From NCBI RefSeq assembly GCF_001194135.2, contig NC_068988.1, positions 90,656,918 to 90,701,716 of the forward strand: 44,799 bases of DNA, read 5' to 3'. A program made the position numbers and the translations under genes. Origin of the DNA: Octopus bimaculoides. Its lineage: Eukaryota. Below the pieces are notes generated by a model, which was given only the letters and a program-made list of their open reading frames with translations, searched no databases and was not told the DNA's origin. The first letter of the stretch is position 1. Each line of letters opens with the position of its first letter. Positions 10,275 through 21,949 of this stretch are shown here, one piece after another.

Positions 10275-12668
10275 AGTAAGAGCAAGACAGTGAGACAGAG
10301 GAACTGAGTGGAGAGAAATGGATACAGAAATGGAGAGCGTGGAGAGAAATGGATACAAAATGAAGAAAATTACAGTGTCACAGAGGATAAGTGAATGAGA
10401 GTAAGGGCAGTTACGGCTGCTTGTGTGAGAAATACGGCAATCGAAAGCTGAACAGAGACAGTAATAATGTATGTTTGGTGTAAGTGAAGGGTGGTTCGAT
10501 TTTGTAAGAGATATCTAGAAGATAGAAAATAATAAAGACAGTAATAGTGTGTATAGGAGTGAGTGAGAGAAGTGAGAGTGTTGCCAAAACAGACAGAGAG
10601 ACAAAAGAGAATAAAAGAGTGTGCAAATAGAGAGATCAAGTGAAAAGGTGTTTGACTGAAAGAGGCAGAGACAGCCAGTGGGGGAAGGAATTGAATCATG
10701 TGTGTGTATGTGTGTGTTTGAGAGAGAGAGAAAGAGAGAAGAGGGGAAGGGAGAAAGACAGACAGACAGATTTAGGATTAAAAGTGGGGAGAGAAACTAT
10801 CACATATGTAAGAGAGAACGGTGTGAAAGAGAGAGAAAGAGACTGAGACAAATGTGAAGGAGAAACAGTGACAAATGTGTGTGTGAGGGAAAGAGGGAAG
10901 GAGGGAGGAAAAACACAAAGTGAGAGAGAGAGAGAGAGAGAGGAGCAGTGGTGGGGAGAGAAACTGTATCACGAGAGAAAAAAAAACAGAGAGATGGAGA
11001 CGGGTGAGAGATAATCTAACAAATATATGTGTAAGGGAGGAGGAGAGATAGGGAGGGAGAAAAACAGAGAGAGACAGAAATGGGAGCCAGAGTATCATGC
11101 AAGTGTGAGGGAGAGAAAATAGAAAGAGACTAGAAGTACTATGAGAGTGTCAATGTAAGCGTGTAAGCATGTGTATCCAGTTGGAGACGTAGTGGAAGTA
11201 GTTGTGGTGATTGAAGTGGTGGTGGTGGTGATCGGCCAACACCGGCCGTTTTCAGTCTGTCGTTTATTACCCAGCTGCACGCTGCCAGGTAAGAAGCTCC
11301 ATAGTTACATTATTACTGTTCCTACTACTGCCACCAATATTTGTATTATTATATTTTAGCAGTGTTAGTTGTTGCTGTTGTTATAGTTCCTCCTCCACCA
11401 CCAACACCACTAAAAAACGTGACCTATCTATCACCAGTCATCAATTACCGTCTGAACGTCTATTACGCGCACCTTAGACGGCGTCGACCATACACGTTCC
11501 TGTTCAGAAACCATATAATATACATACATCAGACAGGTGTGTGTGTGTGCATATATCTATATATATATATTATATTCGCTAGCTTGAAGGCGGCGGTACC
11601 CCAGCATGGCCGCAGTCCATTGACTGAAGCGAGTAATAGTGTATCTTGTATGTGTTGTTTTTGTCATCTACCTTTCGTTTCCATTCAGTCTTCGTCTTTC
11701 ATATCTGTCTATTTATCTATCTATCTATCTATCCACACACACATACACACACATAACAATACATATGTGTCTGTGTGTATATCTCTGCATTTGTTGTTTA
11801 CAAATACAGAGAATTAAATATTGCTTATATTGAAAACCTTGGCTGTTAATGTAAACATGTTTTTGAATGTGTGTTTGTGTGCGAAAAAGTGATGTATAAA
11901 TATACGTGTTTAATGTATGATGTTTGAATATACATATATATATATTTGATTATGTGTATACAACGCATCTGTGTGATTTAACCCCGTTCTGCATTTGTTT
12001 ACGTGTGTAACTGTATGCATCAATTTTGCATTCGTATATATTTGTATTTGCATGTGTGTTGAGTGACCAAACCTATAATCCAATGCGTTCCATTCAAGAC
12101 CATCCTGTCATTTTGGGACTATTTAGGAATACATTATCCAATGTGTTCTTCCCGTTATCAAGACAGTAAGTCATGTTTTGAGAGAGATTTGCTTGCTATT
12201 TTCACCATGTCGGGTCACGAAGAAAAAGCATAATAGCTAGGTTATACTTAGGTGATACAGAATAAACATGCATTTTCCGTAGCTGTAAATTGTCTAACAT
12301 GTCTTTACACACACGCAAACACAGACACACACAGATGTAATTGGTTTGACCATAACAATATATAGGCCTTCAGTAGTCGAACTGAATTTCGGCCAGTTAC
12401 ATATACATAGTATTTCGTCTGCCAATTTGTGAGTTTGCACACACACACACACATATACCTAACTGATTGTGTGCACTCTCTATTGCAATACAATAAGCGC
12501 ACTACATTCATGCATGTATAGGCATATACAACAGCATATATGTAACTACGTTTTCCAGAATTTAAATTGTCAGTGCCCCAGCATGTCGTCTGTAGAATAG
12601 CTGTATAAGGTTGTGTGAGTTTGTGTATGTATATCTATATAGGAGAAGCTAATCCCTGTATATTTATG

Positions 12669-12701
<33 letters not shown>

Positions 12702-13350
12702 ATAAATATGTGCGTATATATATATATATAAAACCTCCACTTTTACCCGCTCCCATTGATTGCACCTAGTATAGCACTAGTGTAGCAATAATTGGGTACC
12801 CTCCCAGCAGTATACTGGATAGATACTATCCCTTAGTGGGTTGTACCCCCAACCCCTAACTCTCTCACGTTATATATATATATATATANNNNNNNNNNNN
12901 NNNNNNNNNNNNNNNNNNNNNNNNNNNNNNNNNNNNNNNNNNNNNNNNNNNNNNNNNNNNNNNNNNNNNNNNNNNNNNNNNNNNNNNNNNNNNNNNNNNN
13001 NNNNNNNNNNNNNNNNNNNNNNNNNNNNNNNNNNNNNNNNNNNNNNNNNNNNNNNNNNNNNNNNNNNNNNNNNNNNNNNNNNNNNNNNNNNNNNNNNNNN
13101 NNNNNNNNNNNNNNNNNNNNNNNNNNNNNNNNNNNNNNNNNNNNNNNNNNNNNNNNNNNNNNNNNNNNNNNNNNNNNNNNNNNNNNNNNNNNNNNNNNNN
13201 NNNNNNNNNNNNNNNNNNNNNNNNNNNNNNNNNNNNNNNNNNNNNNNNNNNNNNNNNNNNNNNNNNNNNNNNNNNNNNNNNNNNNNNNNNNNNNNNNNNN
13301 NNNNNNNNNNNNNNNNNNNNNNNNNNTATATATATATATATATATATATA

Positions 13351-13540
13351 TGGGAGAATATACAAATAATAACAACAGACGAGGACAGGTGGTGTAAATA
13401 ACAAAAGGATATATTAGTATGACGCTCGGGAATACGGAAAGTCTTTGACGTTTCGAGCTACGCTCTTTAACAGAAAGAATACGGAGACAAGGAGAAAAAC
13501 ACGGAGAAAAAAAATTGAATAGTGTTCAGTCAACGGTCAA
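13351..13540 (-). mobile_element. ~190-bp Penelope-like (pLTR-type) element with hammerhead-like motif, (TA)n flanked
   Basis: Homologous to 40930-41100 in opposite orientation; GACGTTTCGAGC motif; TA arrays on both sides. Confidence 0.65.
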
Positions 13541-13754
13541 ATATATATATATGCAGATGTACTTATGCATGTTTGTGCTTCGTCACTCTAATTTCTGCCG
13601 ATTATTAATAAAAAAAATATATATATACTAAAATTCACGTCAACATTTAGATTTAATTTGTCAAAATATTTTTGACAAATATATACACTCATGTTTTGAA
13701 TTCTATTTTTCCTGGTTGCATCACCTAACCTATCACTTTATGTATCTATCTGTA

Positions 13755-13797
<43 letters not shown>

Positions 13798-13899
13798 TTA
13801 TGTGTTTCAGCCAAGTGGCTGCGGTCATGCTGGTGCACCACCGTAAAAATCTATATATATATATATAAACACAAATAATAAATGAGTCTATGCATATGT

Positions 13900-14090
13900 A
13901 CGTATATACGTACAAGTATGTGCATACCTACATCAACATGTATATATAGGTGCATATCTGGGTACAGGACATTGCAAACAAAACGTAGACAAAAAAATAA
14001 TAATAACCAGAGTACAGAAAATACGCAGGCCACATAGAGAACATTTTCCTTCATCAGCTGCCCCCATTCTAACACAGGCGTTTCGAAGCA
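13900..14090 (-). mobile_element. Second Penelope-like short remnant family
   Basis: Minus strand GCTTCGAAACGCC...CAGCTGATGAAGG, embedded in TA-rich microsatellites. Confidence 0.4.
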
Positions 14091-14739
14091 TATATGTATG
14101 TATGTATGTATGCATATGTATATATGTAGGTATATATGCGAGTGTATGTGTGTTGAAATAAAACTGATAGAGTAAGATGTTTGGCAAAGCTTGAAGTTGC
14201 CGTCAACATGAACTTTACAATAAATGACCATACAATATCAAATCACCTTAACAGTAAATGATCCTTTGTTCTTCCACTAGTTTTAAAATAGCATCAATTT
14301 AATACTAACATTCACATAATTACATATTTATACATACATATATATANNNNNNNNNNNNNNNNNNNNNNNNNNNNNNNNNNNNNNNNNNNNNNNNNNNNNN
14401 NNNNNNNNNNNNNNNNNNNNNNNNNNNNNNTATATGTATGTATATATAATCAGAAAGAGAGATGCCAAAGAACTAAGAGATTATCTTATGAACTTCATTA
14501 GCTTACAACTGTTTCTTTTCTAAGATGCAGTGGGCTTATATATATGTACCTGAATAACACCTTATAGCTTCATCAGAGCTTTGAATATGAAATGCAATTT
14601 ATTTGGGAAAAAATTGCATTCATGCCTATATAGGAAACAACATCAACAAAGCCTAAGGGAAATATATTTCACTTAGGCATTGTTGTACACAATATGGAAT
14701 TATGGAATTTGTACCAACTCCTTTACTGCAGATTGAACA

Positions 14740-14990
14740 GAGTTATTTACCTGTTGGTAGCAGGGTCTTGTCTTCTTTCCTTCTTACTAATACTAGTCTT
14801 TGTTAAGTATACTTTGAGATTTCTCACGACCAGGTTTTGCTTCCATGCCTGGAATTTCTTTTCATATACTACTTGAGATACAGCTCTAAGAATTAAGATC
14901 AGCATAGAGGACTTACCACAGACATCCAGTTAAACTTTTTTGTTATCCCTTAAATAGAAGGGAGCCCAGAGCTGAGCCCCAGTGGATTTA
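14740..14990 (-). pseudogene. Old RTE reverse-transcriptase fragment
   Basis: IHWGSALGSLLF..TGCLW*VLYAD..EKKFQAWKQNLVVRNLKVYLTKT, matching the GSVLSPLLF / LLYADDL / EKFQVWKQGLESKGLRVNLAKTK pattern also seen at 34480-34600. Confidence 0.75.
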
Positions 14991-15074
14991 TTATCCCGCC
15001 AGCATGATAAATTTATCTGTCGTATACAAATGTGTATGGGTACATATTTATGTATGCATGTGTGTGTGTATATG

Positions 15075-15265
15075 TATCATCATCATCTTTATCATATTCT
15101 GCTTTCCATTCTGGCTTAGGTTAGATGGATTATCATAGTAGTCCAAGGAAAATGTCTCGCTACATATTTCATTTTTGGCATGGCTTCTATAGTTGGATGC
15201 TTTTCCTCATACAAACCACTGTACAGAGTATGTGTACTGTATGAATTTCATTGTACCAGCACTTG
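15075..15265 (-). mobile_element. Decayed RTE 3' tail fragment
   Basis: (ATC)n, CTTTCCAT, GGCATGGCTTCTATAGTTGGATGC. Confidence 0.6.
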
Positions 15266-15824
15266 AGAGTTTGTCATGTTCTCAAAATGATGTCTTACTT
15301 CACTCAAAAACCACATAACAGAGCATACCGAAGTCTTTAATTTACTCTATGTTGTCTCTCTTTTTCTTTCAAAGCAAACATAAAACTGGTGCATAGAAGA
15401 GAGATCAAAAGAAGAGATAGGTAGGTGAGTGAGTAATAGAAGAGAGACAGTAATAGCTACCCGTTTTGTTTTTGCTATGGGGATTGGATAAGAAACAGTA
15501 TGAGCATGATGGTGTTACAATAAATGTGTGTAATAGTATAAAAGATAGCAACTGGAGGCTGGAAATAGAAAAGGATGATGCTGAGAGTGATAGGTATCAA
15601 TGAAGAGTCATATGGAGGAGAGAATGATCATTAGGGATCAAGAAGAGTAAACCAATGAAGACATCTGAATGAATGGAAACACCATTGAGTGGTGAGGACA
15701 AGGAGTATAAGGTAAACTCACTCGTGATTGAGTATAATAGAACGTACAGAATACACTGGAGACGAGTTGGTAAATAAGCAGAAACAAAAGTTAAGAGAAC
15801 TTTTTAGTCTTGCTGAAGACAGAC

Positions 15825-15972
15825 GGCTGCAACTGTGTGGTAAGAAGTTTGCTTCCTAACCACTTAGTTTTGGGTTCAATCCCACTACTAGACACCTTGG
15901 GTTAAGGTCTTCTACAATAGCTCCAGGCTGGCCGAAGCCTATTGTGCACATGAGTATGTATGTGTGTATAGA

Positions 15973-16016
<44 letters not shown>

Positions 16017-16140
16017 GTTTTCATCTTTTATCTTTTACTTGTTTTGCCAAACTGTTAAGTTATGGGGATGTAAACACCAACACCTGTTGTCAAGTATTGG
16101 TGGGAGACAAACACAGATGCAAAGACACACACACACATGT
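15825..16140. mobile_element. Two SINE family B fragments (+ head 15825-15946; - tail half 16022-16140)
   Basis: Homology to 6685-7086, CpG-decayed. Confidence 0.7.
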
Positions 16141-16155
16141 ATGTGTGTTTGTTTA

Positions 16156-17431
16156 TATCAGGTCATTAAGAATGAAATGTCTGATTTTGAACTGAGATTT
16201 TTTTTTTTGTTTTATCTCAACAAAAAGCAGTGCAGTTAATCAAAGTATGAACCTAAATTATCAACACAATTTTGCCATTTTATCAGTAATTTATTTATGC
16301 TAGCAGCAAAGAATTCTGGAGTGCAAGTGGTGATGAAATCACGAAAGTCTGTTTTTGCATCTTCTTTAGATTTGAAGTTTTTTTCCTTCCAAAAAGTTGT
16401 CTAATGCCTGGAAAACATGATAGTCAGTTGGTGCAAGGTCTGGGGAATATGATGGATGACAAAGTACTTCCAAGTTCAGGTCTTGTAACTTGAGTAGCAT
16501 TCTGTGTGCAACATGTGGTTGAGCGTTGTCTTGCAAGAGAATTAGCCTGTCTCTATTGACCAATCTTGGTTGTTAAATTGCAAGTTCTCTCATTATTTCA
16601 TCCAATTGGTTGATGTATACATTCGCTGTAAATGACTTACCAGGTCTCGTGAAGCTGCAGTGGATGACACCAGCACTGGACCACCAAACAGAGATCATTA
16701 GCTTTTATTGGTGAATATTCTTTTTTTGGATCGTGTTTTGATACTTTATCTCTATCCAGCCACCATGCAGAACTCTTGTTATTGTTGAAAAGAATCCATT
16801 TTTCATCACACGTAACTATACGATACAAAAATGTTTTGCTTTCTGCCGTGACAGCAAAGAACAGCAAGTTTCAAGACAGTGTGTCATTTGATGCTCGTTC
16901 AATTCATGTGGACAGAAACCTGTCCAGTTTCTTTACCTTGCTGATTTGTTTCAGATGGTCCAATACAGTTGGAATCAAAACATCAAACCTTACTGCTAAG
17001 TTACACGTAGTTTGAGGTTATCCGCTACTACATGTTCTAGCTCATCATTATCCACCTTGGTCTCAGGTCTGCCACGGTGGATGCTTTTCAAGAGTAAAGT
17101 CACCAGACCAGAACTTCTCAAACTATCGACATACAGTATGCTCATTCACCACATTTTCACCAAACACCTCATTGATGTTTCAAGCTATCTGGGATGCATT
17201 GGCTCCATGACGGAACTCATATTCAAAAACAACACGAATGGGTTCACAAAAATTGATTTACAAGAGAAAACTCACAGTGTAATCAGACATCATGAATTAC
17301 ATTTCAAAAAGTGATGATGTAACTCTTCAATGTTGTAAAACAAAGAATTGTCAAGATAAACCATTAGAGTTAACCTACTGCCAAACTTGGTGCATAAGAA
17401 AATTGGACATTTCATTCTTAATGACCTGATT
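16156..17431 (-). mobile_element. Full-length decayed mariner (Hsmar1/cecropia-like transposase), pseudogenised
   Basis: TIRs TCAGGTCATTAAGAATGAAATGTC at both ends in TA context; IRVVFEYEFRHG..RGRPETKVDNDEL, IVTCDEKWILFNN, LLQDNAQPH, HPSYSPDLAPTDYHVF; many stops and frameshifts. Confidence 0.93.
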
Positions 17432-17712
17432 TATATATATATATATATATGCATACAGAAAGAAAAAGATAAAGAGACCAATGCCAAAGTTAGAATTATA
17501 TTTTAGACTTTATACATAAAATATAATTCTAATTTTGCCATTGGTCACTTTATCTTATTCTTTCTTTATATATACACACGCTAATACACGACCCATGTTA
17601 TATTCCCCACTCATGTTGCTACCACGACAGGGGCAAAACTAGTCGGTATACAGCACTTACTCGGTATTACCTGTATCCTTAGGGTTTGGTTGACTCCAAT
17701 ACCCTTCATAAC

Positions 17713-17786
<74 letters not shown>

Positions 17787-17789
<3 letters not shown>

Positions 17790-17900
17790 CTTTCAGTTTC
17801 CATTTGCCAAATTCACTCACAATGTTTTGGTCAGCCTCAGGCTATAGTAGAAGACACTTGCCCACGGTGCCACACAGTGGAACTCAATCCAGAACTATGA
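17787..17900 (-). mobile_element. SINE family B, 5' half
   Basis: TTTCAGTTTCC..CTATAGTAGAAGACACTTGCCCA. Confidence 0.75.
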
Positions 17901-17914
17901 ATAAATATGCAAGT

Positions 17915-18166
17915 ATATTACTGTCTCCTTGCCTTGATATCATGTGATAGCTGTAAAAGAGTGTCACCATCATGCAAGCCGTGATCTTCATTTCCAATTT
18001 TCTGTGAAAACATGTCTGATCATGTGAGAATATTACCTTGCTTGGAGACAAGTGAGGGATGGTCACAAGAAGGGCATCCAAACATAGAGTATCCATCTCA
18101 AAGAAAATTCCTTGCAAACCATGTGAGCATGAAAAAGTGGATGTTAAACTGATGATGATGATGATG
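17915..18166 (+). mobile_element. Short retroposon with RTE-type 3' tail (family E)
   Basis: Ends GAAGGGCATCC..CATGAAAAAGTGGATGTTAAACT(GAT)n; inverted homolog at 32311-32558. Confidence 0.65.
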
Positions 18167-18972
18167 AAAGATTACCTAGTAAAGTGAACGATGCTAAGAA
18201 GAGCACCTAGTCATAGAAATCATAGCAAAAAATAAAAAAGACTTATCTGCAATACATAGTGTACAAACACATCTAAAAGAGCAGTAACTTCAAATACATA
18301 CTAATTTTGATCTTAAACCATCCAACTCACGACTGTACAGAAAGTGGATGACAGTTCTTATTAGGAAATACCATTCTTCAAAATGGGTCAAGAATTGTGT
18401 CTCACTTGCATTAGTTCCATTATTGACATGGTTTCTATGGTGGGATGTCCTTCCTAAAGCCAATCAATTTACAAGATGTATTGGGTTTATTTGGTACCAG
18501 TACTACAACGGTTGCTTTACCACAAGCACACTGTTTCCATTTGTTTGTGACACGTGTGTGTGTGTGTGTAGGCATGGTTGTTTGCCTTAGAAGTTCTCTT
18601 CAAAATTTACATGGTTTCAAATTCACTCCTGCCACATGGGAAAAAACAAAAAAGAAGAAAAGAAAAGACTATGTCATCAAGAAGGTTATATATTGGGAGT
18701 TCAAGCAAAAGAAACAGATCCTAAGATCCCAGAGGGAATAAACCACACTGAAAGCCTAGTATGGAGGACTAGAAAGTTTGTAATATCCAATATGTAATTA
18801 ATGACTAGAAAAGCTCCTACAAAGTACCTTCTGCACAATAAACAAACGAAAGTAAGCATCAGTTGACAGCAAATGTAGTCTGCAAAACCAAAACCCAAGG
18901 ACATTAAACAGACCATTGCTGCCAACTGTGAAAGAATGTCCACTAGACACTATCTTCCAATGAAGCTTATTC

Positions 18973-19028
<56 letters not shown>

Positions 19029-19365
19029 GTGATATATAGCTTTAAGTTCAATTAACTGTCACCATGACAGCAGTAACATTTAATGTCATTATCTATAAAC
19101 ATTTCTTTGATTTCCATGATTTCAATGAATTTGTCATTATGAATACGATTGTCTTTCTAACACTAAAAACTTAAGTCTAAAAACCTGCTATAAATTGAGT
19201 AAATTACATTTAACAAGAAGAAGAAGAAGAAAAAAAATGAAAAAAACTGATAGCAGTAGAAATGATTCTACAAGGAATTTAGTATGAAAGTAAATTTCCT
19301 TCCAACACAGTTCTCAACCCCTTCCTGTTTATTATACTTCTTCAGGCAATTACAGAATAGCTTAA

Positions 19366-19711
19366 CCATTTCATTACCATTGGAGCCTGGTGTAGCCATC
19401 CGGTTGCACCAGTCCTCAGTCAAATCGTCCAACCCATGCTAGCATGGAAAGCGGACGTTAAACGATGATGATGATGATTTCTAATGAAATGCACTACCTT
19501 CATTTAAATTAATTAGGAAAATAAGGAAGAATTTGCTAGAATAACTGTCATTACAAAGCTGGCATTTGGAACATAGATTTAATTGAAATTTTGACGAACA
19601 GTTTTAATTTAGATTACTCTAAATTTTGATGAATAGTTTTAAAGATTATTTTAAATTAGGAAGTCTGTATCATCAGACAAGGTGATCTAAGGTAACTTAG
19701 TATCAAAAAGG
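19366..19711. mobile_element. piggyBac-type MITE, interrupted by an RTE tail
   Basis: TTAA at 19362-65 and 19712-15; imperfect short TIRs CCATTTCATTACC / CCTTTTTGATACT; related end TTAACCCTTTTGATACC at 23206. Confidence 0.55.
19381..19478 (+). mobile_element. Extremely 5'-truncated RTE insertion (tail only)
   Basis: CCAGTCCTCAGTCAAATCGTCCAACCCATGCTAGCATGGAAAGCGGACGTTAAAC(GAT)n, same as the 25900-25975 tail. Confidence 0.88.
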
Positions 19712-19934
19712 TTAAGATTGGCTGTCTATGAGGATTCTTGTATATCAATAACCTAATTCTCATAAATGGATCTGGTGAAGGTTTGACTCTTTAGCATTTA
19801 AAGCAGCCATATCTAGCCCAAATATACTACCTGTTATGTACTCAGACCAGTCAGATCTGGCCTCTCACATCTACCCTACAATATCATTCTAAAATTAAAC
19901 ATTCGTATTATTAAAATCTAAAAGCTACGAGATA

Positions 19935-20178
19935 TGAAGTGGTATCAAAAAGTTCCCAGACTATTTTTTACTCTTTTATTCTTTTGTTTCAGTCATTTGA
20001 CTGCGGCCATGCTGGAGCACTGCCTTTAGTCGAGCAAATTGACCCCGGGACTTATTCTTTGTAAGCCTAGTACTTATTCTATCGGTCTCTTTTACCGAAC
20101 CACTAAGTGACGGGGACAAAAACACACCAGCATCGGTTGTCAAGCAATGCTAGGGAGGACAAACACAGACACACAAAT

Positions 20179-20269
<91 letters not shown>

Positions 20270-21664
20270 ACGGGCTTCTTTCAGTTTCCGTCTACCAAAT
20301 CCACTCACAAGGCTTTGGTCGGCTCGAGGCTATAGTAGAAGACACTTGCCCAAGGTGCCACGCAGTGGGACTGAACCCGGGACCATGTGGTTGGTTAGCA
20401 AGCTACTTACCACACAGCCACTCCTGCACCTATTTATGTTTAATAAAAAAATAACTTATTTATCCAAGTTTAAACACTATCTTCTTGAAATAGTCACCTT
20501 GTGCAGTGATACACCTGTCCCAGCATTCCTGCCACTTTTGGAATCCAGCCAGGAAGTCATTTTCTGTAAGCAAGTTTGAGGACCTTCTGTTATTTACTCT
20601 GGATCTTGACAATGGTAATAAAATGGTGAACTTTGAGCTGCCTTTTCATCTTGCAGAAGAGATGGAAGTCCACAGGTGCTAAATCTGGTGAATAGGACAG
20701 GTACGGAAGTGATACCATGTTGTTTTTGGTGATAGGGTGCCTTGTTGTCATGAAGAATCCAATTCTTCGTGCTCCACAGATACAGTCACTTCCGAAAAAG
20801 TCCTCCCTCAAACACTTTAAAATGTTGCAGTAGATCTATCGATAGGCAGTCTGGCCCTGGGGGACAAAATTTTGATGCACAATACTGTGGATGTTGAAAG
20901 AAACAATGAGCATGCTTTTGATTGAGTTGAAGCTCTGTTGTGCCTTCTTTGGTCATGGAGATGATGGACTTTTCCATGGTGACAACTGCTGCTTCGTCTC
21001 AGGGTCATACCTGTAGACCTAGTTCATCTTACCAGTGATGATCCTTGACATGATGGATGGATCACCAGTGGCACACTGACAGAGATCTTGACAGACTTTG
21101 ATGTGATGTTCTTTCTGCTCAATGCCCAACAAGCAGGGAACAAACTTGGCTGTGACACACCACATGTTCAATTCAGACATTAGTATTGCTTGCACAGACC
21201 CATACAACAGGTGAACAACACCTGCAATGTCATAGACTGTCCTCTGACAAACCTCTTGCACAAGCTGATTAATTTTCTCCACATTTCTGGGGGTGACATT
21301 CGTGGCAGGTCTTCCAGATTGCTCATAGTCTTCCAAGGACGTTCTTCCATTTTTGAAGCACTCATGCCTCTTGAAACATTGCGTACGACCCATTGCCTTA
21401 TTGCTGTAGCAGACTTACCAAGTTCAACACAAAATTCCATGTTGGCTCTTTGTTCCAACTTGCTGTCCATGACAAAATGGCAGACTACAGCATACACATG
21501 ATCACAAAAACACAAATTTCACACCTTGCGAAGTAAACACAGCGATGTCATTTGGCACACTGCCTCATGAAAGTCACAGCTAACTCTTACTGTACATGCA
21601 ATCATGTGCTGCCATCTGTTGGTGCACTAGAGAACTAGTCCAGGAACTTTTTGATACCACCTCA
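19935..21664 (-). mobile_element. Full-length decayed mariner with a SINE inserted next to its 3' TIR
   Basis: TIRs TGA(A/G)GTGGTATCAAAAAGTTCC with TA at 19933-34 and 21665-66; transposase ~21470-20478: MDSKLEQRANMEFCVELGKSAT, QSGRP, KFVPCLL, YSPDLAPVDFHLF, WDRCITAQGDYF; stops and frameshifts. Confidence 0.93.
19967..20429 (-). mobile_element. SINE family B, full length, young, nested in mariner
   Basis: Near-identical to 6685-7086; short TSD CTATTT at 19961-66 and 20430-35. Confidence 0.92.
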
Positions 21665-21676
21665 TATATGTATATT

Positions 21677-21949
21677 ATCATCATCATCATCATCACTATC
21701 GTTTAACGTCCGCTTTCCATGCTAGCATGGGTTAGACGATTTGACTGAGGACTGGTGAACCAGATGGCTACACCAGGCTCCAATCTGATTTGGCAGAGTT
21801 TCTACAGCTGGATGCCCTTCCTAACGCCAACCACTCCAAGACTGTAGTGGGTGCTTTTATACATATATATATATATATATCATCATCATCATCATCATCA
21901 TCATCGTTTAACGTCCGCTTTCCATGCTAGCATGGGTTGGACGATTTGA
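21677..21949 (-). mobile_element. Two adjacent RTE 3'-tail fragments (21677-21859; 21881-21949, running into gap)
   Basis: (ATC)n GTTTAACGTCCGCTTTCCATGCTAGCATGGG occurs twice. Confidence 0.85.

Noticed and set aside
14885-14950. Minus-strand microexon with a GTAAGT donor (and GTAAAT at ~14750)
   Set aside because: Lies inside a decayed RTE RT fragment (W-x-L-Y-A-D region).
21677-21949. Biologically meaningful tandem of RTE tails
   Set aside because: The second copy runs into a gap; independent insertion and assembly duplication cannot be told apart.
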